Below the pieces are notes generated by a model. The model was not told the DNA's origin. It saw only the letters and a program-made list of their open reading frames with translations, and made no database searches. A stretch of DNA of 62,334 nucleotides, filler included, from Choristocarpus tenellus KU-1152 (Eukaryota > Protista > Phaeophyceae): assembly GCA_964200185.2 (NCBI GenBank). It is 10 parts of 10 records of this genome, joined end to end, with 100 filler letters (N's around TTAATTAATTAA, not from the genome) between each part and the next. Parts side by side here need not be neighbours in the genome. Positions count along the whole stretch, not along the records: positions 1 to 5,929 come from CAXNAD020009383.1; positions 6,030 to 11,996 come from CAXNAD020009297.1; positions 12,097 to 20,481 come from CAXNAD020004782.1; 7 more parts are not named here. One strand, given 5' to 3'. Shown piece by piece: positions 1-12,184 of this stretch. Position 1 is the first letter of the stretch, and every line of letters starts with the position of its first letter. The translations under genes and the position numbers were made by a program.

Positions 1-699
1 CCCCCCAATATTTTGACCCTCTTGGAGGAGTGTGTGCTCAAGTAGCTGGGACCCCTTTTACTCCTTCTACACGTTTTTCTTGAAAATTGGATTGCACTTT
101 TGCACCGTTGTGGACATATCTACATGTTTTGTATAGGGTTAAGCTGTATTTCAGTCGAGAATTGCGGGTCAGGCAGAAAATCTAGAAAATACCCATGCAC
201 TCAAAGGCATTAAATAGACTTTTTATTACATTCATACCATATGATCAACTCCACTTCTTCTACGTATCTAACCAGCTTTTGCTCTATACAGGAAGATCTC
301 CGTCGTCACTACACTTACCACTCGCCACATATAAGCAGTTGTGTGTTCTATTTAACCTCCTCTAAGTGCAGTCGAAGAAGATATCTTCAAAGGTAGAGAT
401 TTTTTTATAAAGTCAAATGCCGTGTAAATCCTCGTGCATTTGTTGCAGGTAGGTTTGTGGCTAGGTTGCCAACTTGGGCTCTTGGGAAGGCTGCACTGGC
501 CCAGACAAATTCATTGACAGTTGATAACATGCACCTGCTCTCTCCTGCAGGATTGCCTACTTTATTTGCAGCATGAGGTATTGTCTACCTTTGCTCTAGA
601 GCATAAAAATATGGCATCGAGAAGGGCATCACCCCTATGCTAAATAATCGCGTCTTTTTCCAAGTTCTGATGATACCTAACTGATGCTTGAGGGATATT

Positions 700-1700
700 A
701 CTTATTTTCACTCTCATACGTCGGTATCCTCCACTAACAACAAAGTCTTACACACTGACGTGGAGTAGTGATCTACTCCTTATCCTACAAACATGTTCCT
801 TCTTTTCCTCCAACATTTCCTCATAATGGAGAGCTTCTATCATGACCAAGACGACATAGCAATATAATCTGACCAAACTGATAAATCTGACTTTGAGCAT
901 ACAATACTCTGAAGTACCACCCACCTCCCCTAATAGTGCCAGGATTATGCCGTACATACTGCAGAAGCAAAACCCAAGCAAAAAGCAGAGTAAATGCCAG
1001 AGACAAGGCCTGACTGAGGTTAGGCCTAACTATGTCAAACAAACCCTTCCAGAAAAATCTTAAAGTCAAATAGACTGTAGATGGTGTAAATGAGTATGGT
1101 CATTAACTAAAAATATTGTGTACTCTCGAACCTTCATTTTCTTAGCACCCCAAGTACAGAGTTCAGCTGTAGTACTGTCTGAAATATTACCAGGACAACA
1201 GAAAAGGGTTAGACAAGTCTTTTCCAAAACCATGAGTCCTTGAGAATATCTGCAGACACCTTGTGCTAGTATATTTTCTATTCTCCCTGCAACTAACTCA
1301 GAGCATAGTCAGGTTGGTAGTTGAAAACAAATTCACCCCAACCACAATGTTGTCAAAATCTACCTCCCTCTGACTGACGTCACTGACTGAGGGTTTACTG
1401 GTGTCATGATACCAACACACAGCAGCCTCGTCGCCCGCCAAAGATGTTGCACATTGGTATTATTTCCCCAGTTAACCATCTGACAGCAAAGTTTGTCAAG
1501 CAAAGGTGATGATTTGCAACATTTTGGTTCTTGTGGGTGCAATCTTAAATATACTCTGGAGAATCGTATTGTAGGATGAGATGGAAGCCCAAAGGAGCAT
1601 GTTCAAAGATTCATACAGCAAAGTAAACAAGAGGATCATTACATCATTCTTTCCCCTATCATTTTGTATTCCAATTTCCTCCCCCAACCAGCACAATCAC
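700..1700 (-). mobile_element. Possible heavily decayed Mutator/MULE transposase remnant
   Basis: Minus-strand pieces: LFTLLYES..LLW, then LLSDG-x~20-VCWYH (MULE-like D...CxxH spacing), then a Cys cluster FCFCSMYGI (SWIM-like). There are many stops and the match is at motif level only. Confidence 0.35.
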
Positions 1701-4700
1701 ACACACATATATATATGCACACACGAACATTACACAGGGTGTGAAAAACGTTTCGACGTTACTCAAAAGGCGAGTTCCTTTCCTTTCAAACAAAAGTGTT
1801 CCCAGAAAGCATCAGCTCCCGTTCAGGGGCAGAAGGACATGAAAGGCTGCATCTACGATTCTAGGGTTGGAGGGACACCACTCTAACACACATTAACTTT
1901 GTGCTCTCAGGCACCGGTGGCAGGGGCTTATCCAGAAAATATTCTGTACTCATGAAACCTTATTACAAACATGCTTACACTGTTGCTGAGCAATAGAAAG
2001 TACCTTGCATTCAAACTGTGATCAGTAACCTCTCAAATACAAGCACTCAGTTTTCCGATTGACATAATAATTGTTTCATCTCAGACCACATAATAATCAC
2101 GACTTTATTGACCAATGCCATGTGTTAGCTGCAACTGCTCTGCAACATTTATCTTCGTCATTTAGCAACCTATGGGGTGAATACGAGAACAGGGAGAGGA
2201 AGAGTGGCAAAAGAGAACGAGTCATATGGCAAAGCAGAGAATGACTATAAACATACCTGGGGAATCAGAAGTTTGTATCAAGTGCTTCTCACTCCTGTCA
2301 TTCCCTGAGTCTCAGATAACAGGATCTAGAGACAGATCACAACTGGACCAAGGACCGGGGATCAAACGAGCAATAGTGCCGTGTTACGTCATTTTCTACT
2401 CCTTTGATTCATGTCCTCTTCTCATTTACAACCTTCTCTACCCTGACTTCCACTGCAACCCTTCCCAAGGTAGTGTACATACAGGATTTACCTTGACTCG
2501 AGTCCTGACCCCAACCTTCGCTTCAATCTATGAGTTGGCTTTGCAGTAGTACAGGTGTTGGGCTAGTACCACCAAGGGAATAGGAGGAGGTCAGGGGAAG
2601 GATATATTTCCAGAATTTAACAGTGGGGTGGTAAGGGGTGGTAAGAAGGTGGGTGGCAAAGAGAAATCGATGGCTGTGATGAGCGACAACTAGCCTAACC
2701 CACCTTCAGTGTAGCCTTGGTCAATTGGGTGCTTCCTCGCGATGGTTGGAGTTGATTATAGAACTTATGCTTGCGGCGTTTTTCACGTTGTACTACCTAA
2801 TATCTACCAAAACAAGCAATAAATACCTGAGGAATTGGTGCGGTGGTTGTGATTAAAGTTTGTCTTGGGTTAGAAGATAACCAGATCGATATCTCAATCC
2901 CTACACCTACGCATCACCTGGAACCCTCTATACCCTTGTTACTGGAATTCTCACGGAATTGTGAGATGGCTGAGATAAACCTCTTAGACGTTCCCTTTGT
3001 TTCGTGAAAAACTCTAGACCAACGCACTCCCCTTCTTGAACTACCACGAGCATTGGACTGCGTCACTACCATGCCAGCCCTTGAAGGGCGACCAAAGAGG
3101 TCTGACAACACACTATCGTTTACTAAAGACCAGCTTCCTTACACACAACGCGAGTGCCTGCTACCTTGTGTCATCCTTGAGAACAGTGGTTTGAAATGGC
3201 CTAGTTCTCCAAAGTGAGGCCTGCAAATCCACCACAATTGCATCCCAAGTAAATTTTTAATTCCCTCACCAGGGTACCAAATCCATACGTAGTTGGCACA
3301 AGGAGAAGACGTCTACTTCTCGTAGTTACTTTGGTGATGTGAAGAGTAAAGCACTAGGTGCTTGCTCTTGACTTCCGAAAATGAATCTCCAAAAAGCATA
3401 GAATCGGTCATCATGGCACATGCCCGTAACGAAAACTCTCCCTAGGATAGTGTGGAGGGGAAGAAAGAGTAAACGTTGTGTAGAGCACAGGATAGGACAT
3501 CAGGAAAAAAACTGAGCTTTGTAACACTATGGATGAGAGTAACACTGAGAATGGGATTAAGGAGGGGAATACCGAATTGTTGGATTTGTAGACTGTTTCA
3601 CTTTACAATTCGATGATTAGTGTGGATGGTCATTTCGTTCTTTGAAAAATGACGTCATGATGAACAAACTAAAAAAATTGTTGTTTGTTACAAACAAAAA
3701 CGTCATAATTTTGTCCAAGATCCAGAGTGCTGTTTAGACTTTTGAGAGGAATTTTTCAGATGTAGCATTTGAGAATGGTGTATTGATATGGATGTAATGA
3801 CTATCTGCTTGGATAATGGTGTAGAATAGTATAGAATGAATGAGTAGGTTTGAGGTGACACATCTGGGAAATGTGAAAGGACATAATAGTAAATAATTTA
3901 GATTGGATGATATTTCGTTGGATTCTACGATATGGTACACATTCATTGTAGTAAAATGGGGAGGAAATGAGGTGAAATTCGTTCATTGCTGCTTGCAACA
4001 TACAACGCATTTCTACTACATGACTCATAAGATCATACCATATGAGAACGATGACAATACCTATAGGTATATACGTCATATTGGACATATTTTATTTTTT
4101 CCAGTATCTTATTGCTCCTTTCTTTCCACACACTCCTTATTTCATTTAATTAGTTTAGTAAGTTGACCCGTATTAATCTCAAGTTCCTACACATCCATCA
4201 TTTTATATTCTTATACTCTCATTAGGAAATTCTTGCTTAGCGTTCTTGAGGGACAAGGTTGTAACAGAAGGATTTGGGGTTGGTTGTATGATATTTTCCA
4301 ATTTTTTTGGAAAACTTCGAAATAGTACAAAAATTAACTCACTCAAGCAATGCTTTGCACTTCCATAGAAATGGGTGAGTTGCAAAAGATTGAAAAACTG
4401 ATTTATGATGTGAAACGGAGTGCAACTGCATACCTCCTGAATACTTCGAATCTGGTAAATGTGAAAGATACTTGGATAGTAAATAGGTGGATGAAATTCG
4501 AACCGAATCGATGTATACCTATCCATTTTCATTATTTTTTTAGTTAGAAGCAAATCATTTGAAAGTTAGGCAGGTTTGGACGCTTTGGCATTCTACGCCA
4601 TCTTTCTTCACCTCTCTAATACACCCTATTTCACAAGTCAAAAAAATCAAATTGTGAAAGCGTCAAAGGTGCCAAGTTCTCTGCTTAAGGGGCCAATCAC

Positions 4701-5929
4701 AATCAGCGGAATGAACTCTTTCACCTAAGAGGGTGAAACTAAGTTTCAAGGTCTTGTCTCCAATCTCATAACAGATCAGTGTATCCAGTACAGAATCACT
4801 TCTTCAGAACATGACAGATATTTCCAGAACGACTGAGCAATGTCACAGCAAAGAAATGAATTTTTCAGAATGGGAATGGTTCTTCGTTCTGAAGATCCAT
4901 TTTGGCTGTTTGGTCAAATCCGGATCTCATGAGAGTGACTGTTTCTTTGGACTGGTCGGTATGAGTGAGCTTTGGCGCGCGAAATTGTATCTGGCCGCGC
5001 GCCTTATACATAAGGTCTGTGTCGGAGATCCCAAAAAGGAACCTGTCCCTGACAAAATCCATTTTTTGTATTACAAGTCGATTTCCGACAAATCGATGGC
5101 CGTTCTTGTCATTAATCTGATTACGTATGTTGATTCTCCTCACAAATCAAAGATTTACGGGTTGACTCTTGCATTTGTGGATCGTTGGTTGGATATTCAT
5201 TTATGTTTTTGAGATTGGTATAGGACAAATATTTTGACAAGATCTAGTGTTGGCAAATCAACACACTTGATTTGCAAATTTTGTGGTCAAACAACAGACC
5301 ATTGTGTAGGGATTGAAGTCAATGTATGTTATATTTTAAAACCGTTTGTACATCTATTGGAGATAGGCCATGTGTAAAGACAAATATTTGTACATGATTC
5401 TATATTCTAATGGTCTATAACATTTTGTAAATATGGGGGCAAAGAGCCAAATCAATATCACAAGGACCTTTGTAAATTTAACCGTACTACAGTTGTGGGA
5501 AATTGTTAAAACATGGGCTACTCATCTGTTTTTCCTTGATACAATACAGTTCCACCAGTTAACACCGACTGTTGATTGGTCTGCTACGCACTGGTCGTTA
5601 CTGTCACTAGTTCATGATCACCACGTCAATTACTTACCGTCAGAACACCGCAATACAGAACAGTCTCTCTGCATTCCACTCACAGGAATAATAGTATGCG
5701 CCACTTTAGTTGCATCAGATATTGATTCAAGTTTGTTCTGTTGTTCTGTTGTTTTCTCTTCTTTCTCTCTTCTTCTTATCAGTAGAAGATGACACAGTTG
5801 TACGTTAATTATTAATTATTATTTCTTTATTGATTTCGTTGATCCCACATAATGCATCAAGCTCACTCTGCAACAAGTGTACCAGCTGCACACCTGGATG
5901 TTGCTCAAAGTATCTGAGGGGGGGGGGGG

Positions 5930-6029
5930 NNNNNNNNNNNNNNNNNNNNNNNNNNNNNNNNNNNNNNNNNNNNTTAATTAATTAANNNNNNNNNNNNNNN
6001 NNNNNNNNNNNNNNNNNNNNNNNNNNNNN
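5930..6029. other. Artificial contig-joining linker N44-TTAATTAATTAA-N44; identical linkers at 11997-12096, 20482-20581, 25942-26041, 29478-29577, 38592-38691, 44729-44828, 53813-53912 and 58276-58375
   Basis: The same 100-bp block occurs nine times, with a palindromic core that gives stops in all six frames. A separate 10-N gap lies at 13496-13505. Confidence 0.98.
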
Positions 6030-7219
6030 CTATGCCACCTTTGACCAGGGGTCTAAGGATGATGTATTGATCATGGCCATAGTATTGACCTTGTGGGGGG
6101 GTGTACAGGGACTGGTCATGTCCCTTTCAATCCTTTAATGGAATTCGTCCATTTCTCCCCTGTTCGGAACTGTTGCTCTGCCATGAATACTCGGGCGTTA
6201 GAGCATCAAGCCCAGACCTTGATTACACTCATTGTGCTTTTTATTTTATTTTATCTACCCTGCCAAATTATAGCCTACAACCAGCAAGTTTGACTTTTCC
6301 AGGTCCTGCTGCCAGGAGTTGCTTGTTTCCATGAATCGTGGTCTGTGAGAATGGCTGGAATTTGGACTGGAATATTAAATTACTAATATGCAATAAGTTT
6401 GGTCTTGGATACAATTTTCAACCAAAGTGTTTGTGTTTAGAAAATGGTAGCTCTTCCAGAATCATAGAGTTCCACTATCCAGTTTTATTTGTCTGTATGG
6501 TATGACCTACACAACAAACTGTTGGCAGTGTTTTGATTGTAACTTACATGGTAGCATTTGTTCTTGTCCTATCCCATTGACCCTAATCCCTTTTGTACTT
6601 GATACAATTTTAGAAATTTCAGAGTTTAGCGGAAGATCCGCCTAAAAACCGGCCTGGTTTACTTCAACTTCTACCATTGTGTTTTGGATAATCAAGGTGG
6701 AGCTAGTAATGTGTGACGCTGACCTGTTCGATCTATTCGGAATCCCAGAAGGCCTAAACTGTTGAAGGGTTTTGGCTTTTCTTTCACCCAGTCCTAAACA
6801 CAGGGTAGGCGAGTATCCTTTGAGGATATTCAGCTTGATTTGTTCTTACTACCCTCAGTGACCAATATTCATCGATAGTCTGGCTCTGTTAGCCACTCTC
6901 TATCTGTACCCATTGTTCTCAGTGCATATCCCTCTCCAAATATTGTTATGTGTGCTGGCAACAAAGTAGGTCGTGTCCTGTAGAATGTTTATTTTGCTCA
7001 CTTTTTTTCATGACCCGAAATGGACAACATGTACAGAAAGTGGAGGTTGTGTAACTGACAAAAGTTATACATGTACACCGCTTTGTGTCTAGCAATGGCA
7101 CTCCTAATATGTTCAATTAGGAATTGAAACAATTGACTAGAACAACGGATTTTGTCGGGTAACTTGATCTCTGTCTCTCTTCTGTCACTATCCCCTAAAC
7201 TTTATTTTGTTTGTATCAG

Positions 7220-8689
7220 CTGCTATAAGTGGGAAAATGGAGATATACCTGTTGAAGGTGATGGAGAGGACCAGGACCCTACCAGTTTTGTGACCTACTG
7301 GAGTGAGAAGGGGACACAACGGCCTGTCAAGTGGATATTCTTCACGGGCATGTCCATGGAGGTACTTTGCACTCCTGAAACCTACTGAAGTATGCTAAAT
7401 ACTAATCGTAGGCAATAGCTGTTTAGTATCTGCAAAATGGTTATTTGTAATATTAATACTTGTTTTATGACTGGTATCACCTTACTTGTTGAACTGGATT
7501 AGCCAGAACCAAAGTCTATGTACTGTAACTGCTCTGTACTACCGCCAACAAAGTGGAGGTAAAACACTTGCAGGAGTTGTAGACAAGAGGGTTTCCTGCA
7601 GTTGCATCCTTTCTGATTGGTTGAAAGGGTACTTGGGAGCAGTCCTGATTGGCAAACTTCAGTTTAACACCTTCCAGAGGCAAGTTGTCATCTGGTAAGA
7701 AGGAAGACGAAGTAGTATAGTTGATTCATATGTCATATACCTGGCCAAGGCTTAAGGTTACCCTTGAACTGCATTACATTTTTATTTTCCCTTCCCATGT
7801 ATTAGGAGACACTCTCTTCCATTTTTTTTTTGTAAGAGCACCTTCAAAGGGGTGGAAACATACATGAACCTTGTGCTGTTTTGTAACAGTCCTGCTTGCT
7901 GTTCCTGACCTCAGCTATTCACTCTGTCTCTACATAAGTCTTTTTGTTCCAAGAAGGCTGGATTTTTTTTAGTGTTGACTCGAGGGCACAGGATTACCAA
8001 TTTGAGAGCCCTCAATTGCGTGGAAATATTCTATTTTATCAGTTAGGTCCTTACAGAAAAGTACTGGGGGTCCCTGGAGGAGGGGCACTAAATGTGTGTA
8101 TGTATATATATTCTGTACTCCATATTTTACACAGGTAGAAGGTATGCTCTGGTGAATTGTTGCGTCTGGAATCATATGAAAGGGGAAGCTCTTATTTTGA
8201 GGAAGAGTTATTTTTGATGTGTGATGTGGCACTTGCTGGGGAATTCTTGCTGATTGGTTCAAGTTTGTATTTAAGAACAAGAGTGGAAGCATTTTCGGCT
8301 CTGAGTGATAGGTGCCGATGTTTCTGTTTGTAAACTGTGTCTGTTATCCTTCAACCTGTTCTCTTCTAATGGTTAACTTGGTTTAATCAATATATATTTA
8401 TGTATGTCAAGAAAAAAATATCAATCATTTAGTTATCGTTTTGCTGCACTGTTTGTGCCATTATTACGTCCGCTTACTGCCGCAGGTTATTCGATTTGAA
8501 CCGGGAGCAGAGTTGGAGGATTCTCAGTGGCAGTTGCCAGCTTATTGCTTTCCAGAGTCTGCTTCTACAAACACTTTAGATATCATTGGTTCTGCGGATG
8601 GTGACATGAACCGCCTGAGCAGTAGTGTCAGTGGTCCTGAGGAAACTTTGGCTGGACTATCTATTCACCGCAGGGGGATCAGGGGGTAG
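7220..8689 (+). CDS. Last two exons (7220-7361, 8486-8689) of an At4g14100-like uncharacterised protein; 5' exons not identified
   Basis: tatcag|CYKWENG...FVTYWSEKGTQRPVKWIFFTGMSME|gtac joins in phase 0 to cgcag|VIRFEPGAELEDSQWQLPAYCF...RG*. This matches from memory the plant family pattern CxxW...YY.D..T.RPV.W.F..G...V.TFE.GAVLED..WQAP.YCF. Confidence 0.75.
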
Positions 8690-9749
8690 CAGCACTTGTA
8701 ACTTGAGTAGTGTGCATATGAGAAATTGAAACATAAAGTGGGTGGTGTTGGGGTAAAGGTCAAGGGTTAATATTAGGGTTGGAAATTATACACTTCGAGT
8801 GTGTAAAGTTTTTAGCTCATGTAGTTGCATGTAAAGATTTGTTCACTGCAGAGTTGCTCAGGAAAATCAAATGGGAAGGAGCTCAGCAAATGGTTTGAAT
8901 TGGAGGTTTAGACCTTCCTTCATTATGGTGATAAATATATTATGCTTGGGATTGGGGAGAGGTGTGAGATCCAATGTGAAACTGATGTTTGAAAGGTTGC
9001 ACACACAATGTCTATGCAGTACTATGAACTTGGATCTCAGGTAGGAAGTTTCAGAGATGAGAGTGGGGTGGTTATTTTGTAGCGTAGCTCAAAGTTAGCA
9101 TTTCTGATGAATGGCAAGATGGAAATTGGTTTATCTTAATTCATTTTTCCCCACATGTGGAATATGAACTGGTGCAGAACTAAGTGGATAGTTTCTATAT
9201 TTGCCAAAACGAAATAGGAGGGTATGGCTTCTTTTGGGGCGAAATTGCTGATTGCAGAAGCGCAAGATTTGACAGAGGAGATAGCAGCATTGGCATGGCT
9301 GGAACGACATATTATGTGGGAAACAAGGCACACACGGAGGAGGTGGAGCTATTAGTTCATCAGTACGTGCAATACAGTAGTTTTAATGCCTCTGACCATC
9401 ACATTCAAGAAGATGGGACCTTACGTGTGAGTATCAGTACTAATGGTAAAAGATATTGTCAACAATTGACGAACTCAACTATGCCATGTGTTGTGGACAT
9501 GGTGCAGCTAGAAGGTTGGGGTATGGGCAGACATGTTGATGAGATGTAATGATTGCAGCAATACATGTTGCACTGTTTAAGTTTCGAAATGCACTCTTTT
9601 TGTTGTAGTAGATTTAGGTGCCATAACTACCAATTCATAAACATGAATCCCATGTAATATTAAGATTGTTGTTTGGTTGTAGTTTAAGAGGACTCGGTCC
9701 GCCCTCACCATACCCTTGTCTTACCCCTGTCCCTCCTGATGCTGCTGGA

Positions 9750-10560
9750 TGAGGAGGTACCCTATTTGGTGTAGCCTCTCCTCCATTCCTAATATGTCCG
9801 ACCAGCTCATCCCTGGTATTGATGAGCCGGTTAAATGGCACAGCATCAACGGTCCTGTCTCTATATTGTTCACCTGACCAAAACAAACAAGAGTGAGGTC
9901 TGCAGTCCTCTTCAATAGTCCAAGGAAGATTCATTGTGACAACTTCGGGGGTTGTCTCCCCAAATACCTTGCATAAAGTAACAGCCCAGGACAAGACTCT
10001 GTGATTATTGGTACTTTGATACACATCTGAATTATATATATTCAGAGTTAATGCGTCCACAACCTTCACGACAATGTAGCAAGCTTCTACTCTGAGCATG
10101 TCATCTGATTCATCACATCAGCACTGATTAGTGCTCCATTGCATTTAATCAAAGGAGCATTATTTCCGAACTCGTATCCCTTGATCCGTCACATTGGAAT
10201 TTCAGTGCTTCAGTGCACTGGGTCAATCCTTAATGTTTACAAAAAAACTCAAGCACATACTCCTACCATTATAGCTTTGTCAAATCGCACTACAGAAGAC
10301 AGATTTATTCCATTCAATATTTAAGCCTGCTGCCAAAGGTTGCGTGTGAGCATGACCTTGACCTTCCTACCTAATATACTGAGCGCCGTTGTCATGTCCA
10401 GGGAATCTGTCAGGGCCTTGTTTTGCTTCTCCATAACCTGCACCTTGGATACAGCAGTTCCAGGATGCACCATGTCCTTGATGTTGTACAAGTATGCTCA
10501 CCCTCTTTCATATCATGGATAGGTGAGATACAACCTTGAAGGATTCTGTTCTTGAAGTTT
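9750..10560 (-). mobile_element. Decayed Helitron PIF1-like helicase C-terminal remnant
   Basis: Minus-strand motifs occur in the expected order: KVMLTRNLWQQA (cf. RVMLxxNLW..GLxNG), LSWAVTLCKVFGET (cf. LAWAxTxHKxQGxT), DLTLVCFGQV (cf. GLxYVAxSRV). It carries stops and frameshifts, and a diverged partial duplicate lies at about 11085-11330. Confidence 0.65.
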
Positions 10561-11360
10561 TTCTTATTTCTGGAGCATGGGATTTGGAGAGTCCCCAGTC
10601 TTTGTTGGTTTATGTATCATGAGCCTGCTAGAGAAACAGTAAGAAGTGCTTCATTTGATTGTCATCCCCATTCCATCCTGCCTCCTACTGTTAAAACATA
10701 GACTGCTCTCTTCTAAGTCCATAGATTCAGTAAACTACCGCCAACTAGAATTGACTGTTGATTCGTGCACTAGTACTGGTCACTTAATGTGTAAGCAGCT
10801 ACATCACACATGTGCCACTCTACGCAGTATGTGAGCATGACTTACCGTTTCAGTATGTGTAAGTATGGTGCGCTTGATCCCTGGAATTAGTAGATGTTCT
10901 TAAACATACAAACTCATTATGTGATATACACTAGTTGGCTCAGAATTAGACTTAGGTCTCTTTTATTATTTCTCACAAAAGAAATAACAGTGGTGTATGT
11001 TTTCGTCTTTCTTTGATTGGTATCACCCCCACTAAATCTTCGAATTCACTCTGTATTAAGTGTACCCGATACCCAACTAGATGAGATATATTCAGAGTTA
11101 ATACGCCCATAACCATCTACACACAGAGAGCATGTATCACTTTAATTACACTGAGGAACAGCACATCACATTCCAGGATTCAATCAGATTCAATGCAGAG
11201 TATTTTACAAGGTTCACCATATTTAATTTATCAGTGCTTCAGTGCACGATGTTACCTCTTCACATACAAGACTTCAAGCTTTAGACAGAGCAGGACTTTA
11301 TTAGACCAGCGATTCATTCAATTCAATCCTTCAATGGGTTATAAATATTCTACACTACTT

Positions 11361-11621
11361 GAGTCAAATCGATTGAAAGGTAGGCAGGTTCGAACCCTTT
11401 TGTACAATCTAACCCGTCTTTCTTACCCTGTGCAATACATTCTATTTTCTTGCTGTATGTTCAAAATAGTGTAGACAAAATCGATATTCGTTGTTGCCAC
11501 ACACAAAGTGACACCGCAATAAACCAAAAGCTTTTTCTACAATTGTACAAAATGGCGTCTTTGGCCCTTCTCGCAGGATCCTTAAAATGCTAATCTGCCT
11601 ACGTCTCAATTGGTTTGCCTC
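11361..11621. mobile_element. MITE family B copy (about 260 bp, imperfect TIR GAG.CAAA.C.ATTGA.A.GTAGGCAG)
   Basis: The left end gagtcaaatcgattgaaaggtaggcagg and right end aatctgcctacgtctcaattggtttgcctc are inverted. It is homologous to 16321-16592 (opposite orientation) and to a partial copy at about 4547-4640. Confidence 0.75.
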
Positions 11622-11690
11622 ACTTGACCAACTCACTCGACCTCGTCCTGTACTACCCCACTATGACTATCGCACATCCCCTGCTGCAAT

Positions 11691-11950
11691 GAGTGAAAGT
11701 ATTCTAGAGGGTACGAATTTCACCCTGTTTGTCCATTTGGGGCTTGGCTTCTCCTGAGATTTTTTTACGACATTTTCCTACTCCAAAATGTTTCAGGGTA
11801 GGTGAAATCAATACGTTATGAAAAGGTGCATCCCGAACAAAGATACCGACACTTCCTAACAAACACGATAGCAAAAACTACATAAAAATCGCAAAATTGA
11901 ATTTTGGACAACAAATGGACACCGATCTACCCTCTAAGGTACTTTGGCTC
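11691..11950 (+). mobile_element. MITE family A copy (260 bp; TIR GAG(T/C)(G/C)AAAGTATCTTAGAGGGTA)
   Basis: It has terminal inverted repeats, and its internal sequence aligns by eye with the other full and partial family A copies in the window. Confidence 0.9.
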
Positions 11951-11963
11951 AGTCCCACCCTTA

Positions 11964-11996
11964 GACCCAAAGTATCTGGGGGGGGGGGGGGGGGGG
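11964..11996 (+). mobile_element. MITE family C end (GACCCAAAGTATCT followed by poly-G), cut by a contig break; other family C ends at 5903-5929, 25856-25941, 26042-26148, 53913-53965 and probably 38692-38767
   Basis: The same terminus recurs at several contig edges, and a full diverged copy lies at 45436-45615. Confidence 0.75.
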
Positions 11997-12144
11997 NNNN
12001 NNNNNNNNNNNNNNNNNNNNNNNNNNNNNNNNNNNNNNNNTTAATTAATTAANNNNNNNNNNNNNNNNNNNNNNNNNNNNNNNNNNNNNNNNNNNNCCCT
12101 CTACCGACCCGTCTGTCGGGACCGGGTTGGGGGGGGGTGGGGTA

Positions 12145-12184
<40 letters not shown>

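Noticed and set aside
2200-5500. ORFs 2226-2549, 4203-4553, 4811-5212 and neighbours
   Set aside because: No recognisable motif or consistent splice structure; probably old repeat-derived sequence.
5974-5985. Recurring palindrome TTAATTAATTAA as a biological motif
   Set aside because: It is always centred in identical N blocks, so it is a synthetic six-frame-stop linker.
11388-11398. GGTTCGAACCC B-box suggesting a tRNA
   Set aside because: It lies inside the family B MITE end, with no A-box or cloverleaf.
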